A stretch of 64,000 bases of DNA from Cyanidioschyzon merolae. Lineage: Eukaryota. Shown piece by piece: positions 62,603 to 64,000 of this stretch. A model generated the notes under the pieces. It made no database searches and had not been told where the DNA came from. It worked only from the letters and a program-made list of their open reading frames with translations. The DNA lies in assembly GCA_000091205.1 (NCBI GenBank), contig AP006495.2. One strand, 5' to 3'. The position numbers and the translations under genes were made by a program. Each line of letters starts with the position of its first letter. Within the stretch, counting starts at the first letter, position 1.

Positions 62603-64000
62603 TCATTGTCTCGTGCGACGTCGCTTGCGCTCCTTTGATGATGGATCCGGCGCTAAAGCCCCTGCATTAGGCTCCTTGTCGGGTGCATCAGTAGCACCAT
62701 TCGGTGCCTGATCGGGAGCATGTCCTCGACCAGCGTCCGATCGACGGCGTAGCGAACGTGTATGCTGCTTCGGGATGTCGTACTCCGTCGAGTCGCTCGC
62801 ACCAGCCGAGGATGTATCCTGAACAGCGCAGGACCCGGATTCCAAGTCCTTGCGTGCGCGTCGTCTATCGTCACGAGGTGCACGCTCCTTGTCGACACTG
62901 CGTTCAGGCTTCACGTGCCCGCGTGATGCATTCTTCTCTTCAGGATCGCGTGAACGTTGCTGCGCCCTCCGTTGAACAGACTTCACGGGCGCTTGTGGCG
63001 CGGGCGCAGCTACATCGCTGTTTTCGCAGACCCTTGACAGCCAGTCGAATCGTTGCCTCAGTTCCGTATCCTGATCGTAGGGTCCAAACTGCCGCAAGCG
63101 CTGCAAGATGGCAAACTCCAGCTCGTGCTCTGTCGTCTGTGCCAGAATCCGACGAAAATGATATAAAAGATCATGAAAATAAAGCAAAGGTACTTGCTCC
63201 TCGCATACAAGCAGCGCACCAATTCGTTGCGCGGGTTTTGGATCGCCCAGTAGAAGATGGGCCAGCGCTAGTCGAGCTCGAAGTCGTAATGGTAAAACAT
63301 CCGCTGGGTCCGTGATTCCATTGGAACAGGTCATTCGTGATTGCTCCTTCTCGTCTGCAGTGGCAGGAGCGTTTCCATCCTTGCCTGCTGGCAGCGACTT
63401 GGTCCCAGAGACAGTCAACGTCGATTCACGAGATCGCCTTCGAGCAATGCGGACGGCGGTGAGCATTAGCGTTAGATAGTTCATGGTAGCAGCGACCTCG
63501 GCGGCCTTTCCCTGGAGCAACTGGGCATCCGCCAAGGCCTCTTGAGCTCGCACATGTGCGAGCAGAGGTCTCTGTGATCTACGTTCTGGTTCCACGAGTC
63601 CGTACCGAGTTCGAGCTGAGTCTCTGAGTCCAGTCGCACTTCGAGGTCCGCTGTAGAGTGGTGGCAACCCCGTAAGCGCCTGCTCGAAACCAGTTCCGAC
63701 GGCCAATGCAGAGGTGTTCGAGGATCCCGCCCGAACGCGCTCTCGACGACGCATATCATCCAACCATTTGGTCAAGAGTGTCTCCGCAGTCGCTGCCTCG
63801 CCGCGTTCCAGATACAGACGTGCCAGGTTGACGACGGCATCCTCGTCAGCGGGTTCCATGCGCAGCAACTGCTCGAAGCCAGCTGCTGCCCGCTTCTCAT
63901 CGCCTATCTGCAGGAATAGGTAGGTACGTTCACGCAGCGCTTCCTCATCATGGCCGCGTGTGGCGCTCAGCGCTTTCGTCAAGCAGTGAATCGCTTGTCG
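62603..64000 (-). CDS. TPR-repeat protein with a basic C-terminal tail. It is partial: the 5' end lies beyond the window edge.
   Basis: TPR-like helices 'AAGFEQLLRMEPADEDAVVNLARLYLERGEAATAETLL'. The ORF is still open at position 64000. The C-terminal 'KERKRRRTRQ' is nuclear-localisation-like. Confidence 0.55.
   Translation of the reverse strand, partial: RQAIHCLTKALSATRGHDEEALRERTYLFLQIGDEKRAAAGFEQLLRMEPADEDAVVNLARLYLERGEAATAETLLTKWLDDMRRRERVRAGSSNTSALAVGTGFEQALTGLPPLYSGPRSATGLRDSARTRYGLVEPERRSQRPLLAHVRAQEALADAQLLQGKAAEVAATMNYLTLMLTAVRIARRRSRESTLTVSGTKSLPAGKDGNAPATADEKEQSRMTCSNGITDPADVLPLRLRARLALAHLLLGDPKPAQRIGALLVCEEQVPLLYFHDLLYHFRRILAQTTEHELEFAILQRLRQFGPYDQDTELRQRFDWLSRVCENSDVAAPAPQAPVKSVQRRAQQRSRDPEEKNASRGHVKPERSVDKERAPRDDRRRARKDLESGSCAVQDTSSAGASDSTEYDIPKQHTRSLRRRSDAGRGHAPDQAPNGATDAPDKEPNAGALAPDPSSKERKRRRTRQ

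Noticed and set aside
1-64000. Prokaryotic or giant-virus origin of the window, given CdsA, GatA, TnpB-like ORFs and long intron-less ORFs.
   Set aside because: The gene set is eukaryotic (Snf2/Brahma ATPase, ARID, eukaryotic-type RNR1 with ATP cone, 1,061-aa cytosolic-type AlaRS, RPC11/RPA12). The bacterial-type enzymes carry presequences typical of organelle-targeted nuclear genes.

Overview
This window is a GC-rich (roughly 55-58%), gene-dense stretch that reads as nuclear DNA of a compact, essentially intron-free eukaryotic genome. Complete single-ORF genes are recognisable for alanyl-tRNA synthetase, a Snf2/Brahma-type ATPase, an ARID protein, class I ribonucleotide reductase large subunit, an NHL beta-propeller protein, a WD40 protein, an Sfp-type phosphopantetheinyl transferase, an RPC11/RPA12-type Zn-ribbon polymerase subunit and a TPR protein. 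Several prokaryote-type enzymes carry N-terminal presequences: CdsA, GatA, an NmrA-like NAD(P)-binding protein and a two-TM membrane protein. Together with a ~1,800-aa protein combining a GH13-like domain, a GT5 starch/glycogen synthase and a CBM48 module, this points to a plastid-bearing protist. A cyanidiophyte-like red alga is the kind of organism that fits best, but that is inference, not established. Between the genes sit five loci of one decayed repeat family carrying TnpB/Fanzor-type RuvC motifs (RuvC-I 'GIDL', a 'TYKECAHC' zinc-finger remnant, RuvC-III 'RDLNA[AV]INI'). Two nearly identical copies (1-1190 and ~24.4-25.8 kb) share a CpG-derived in-frame TGA stop and a 75-bp coding tandem array. 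Two diverged copies lie at ~12.6-14.7 kb and ~35.0-35.9 kb, and a solo tail fragment at 6.3-7.0 kb. There are also three unrelated 75/93/96-bp tandem minisatellites, coding microsatellites and an integrase-like relic. No rRNA, tRNA or CRISPR could be supported by eye.
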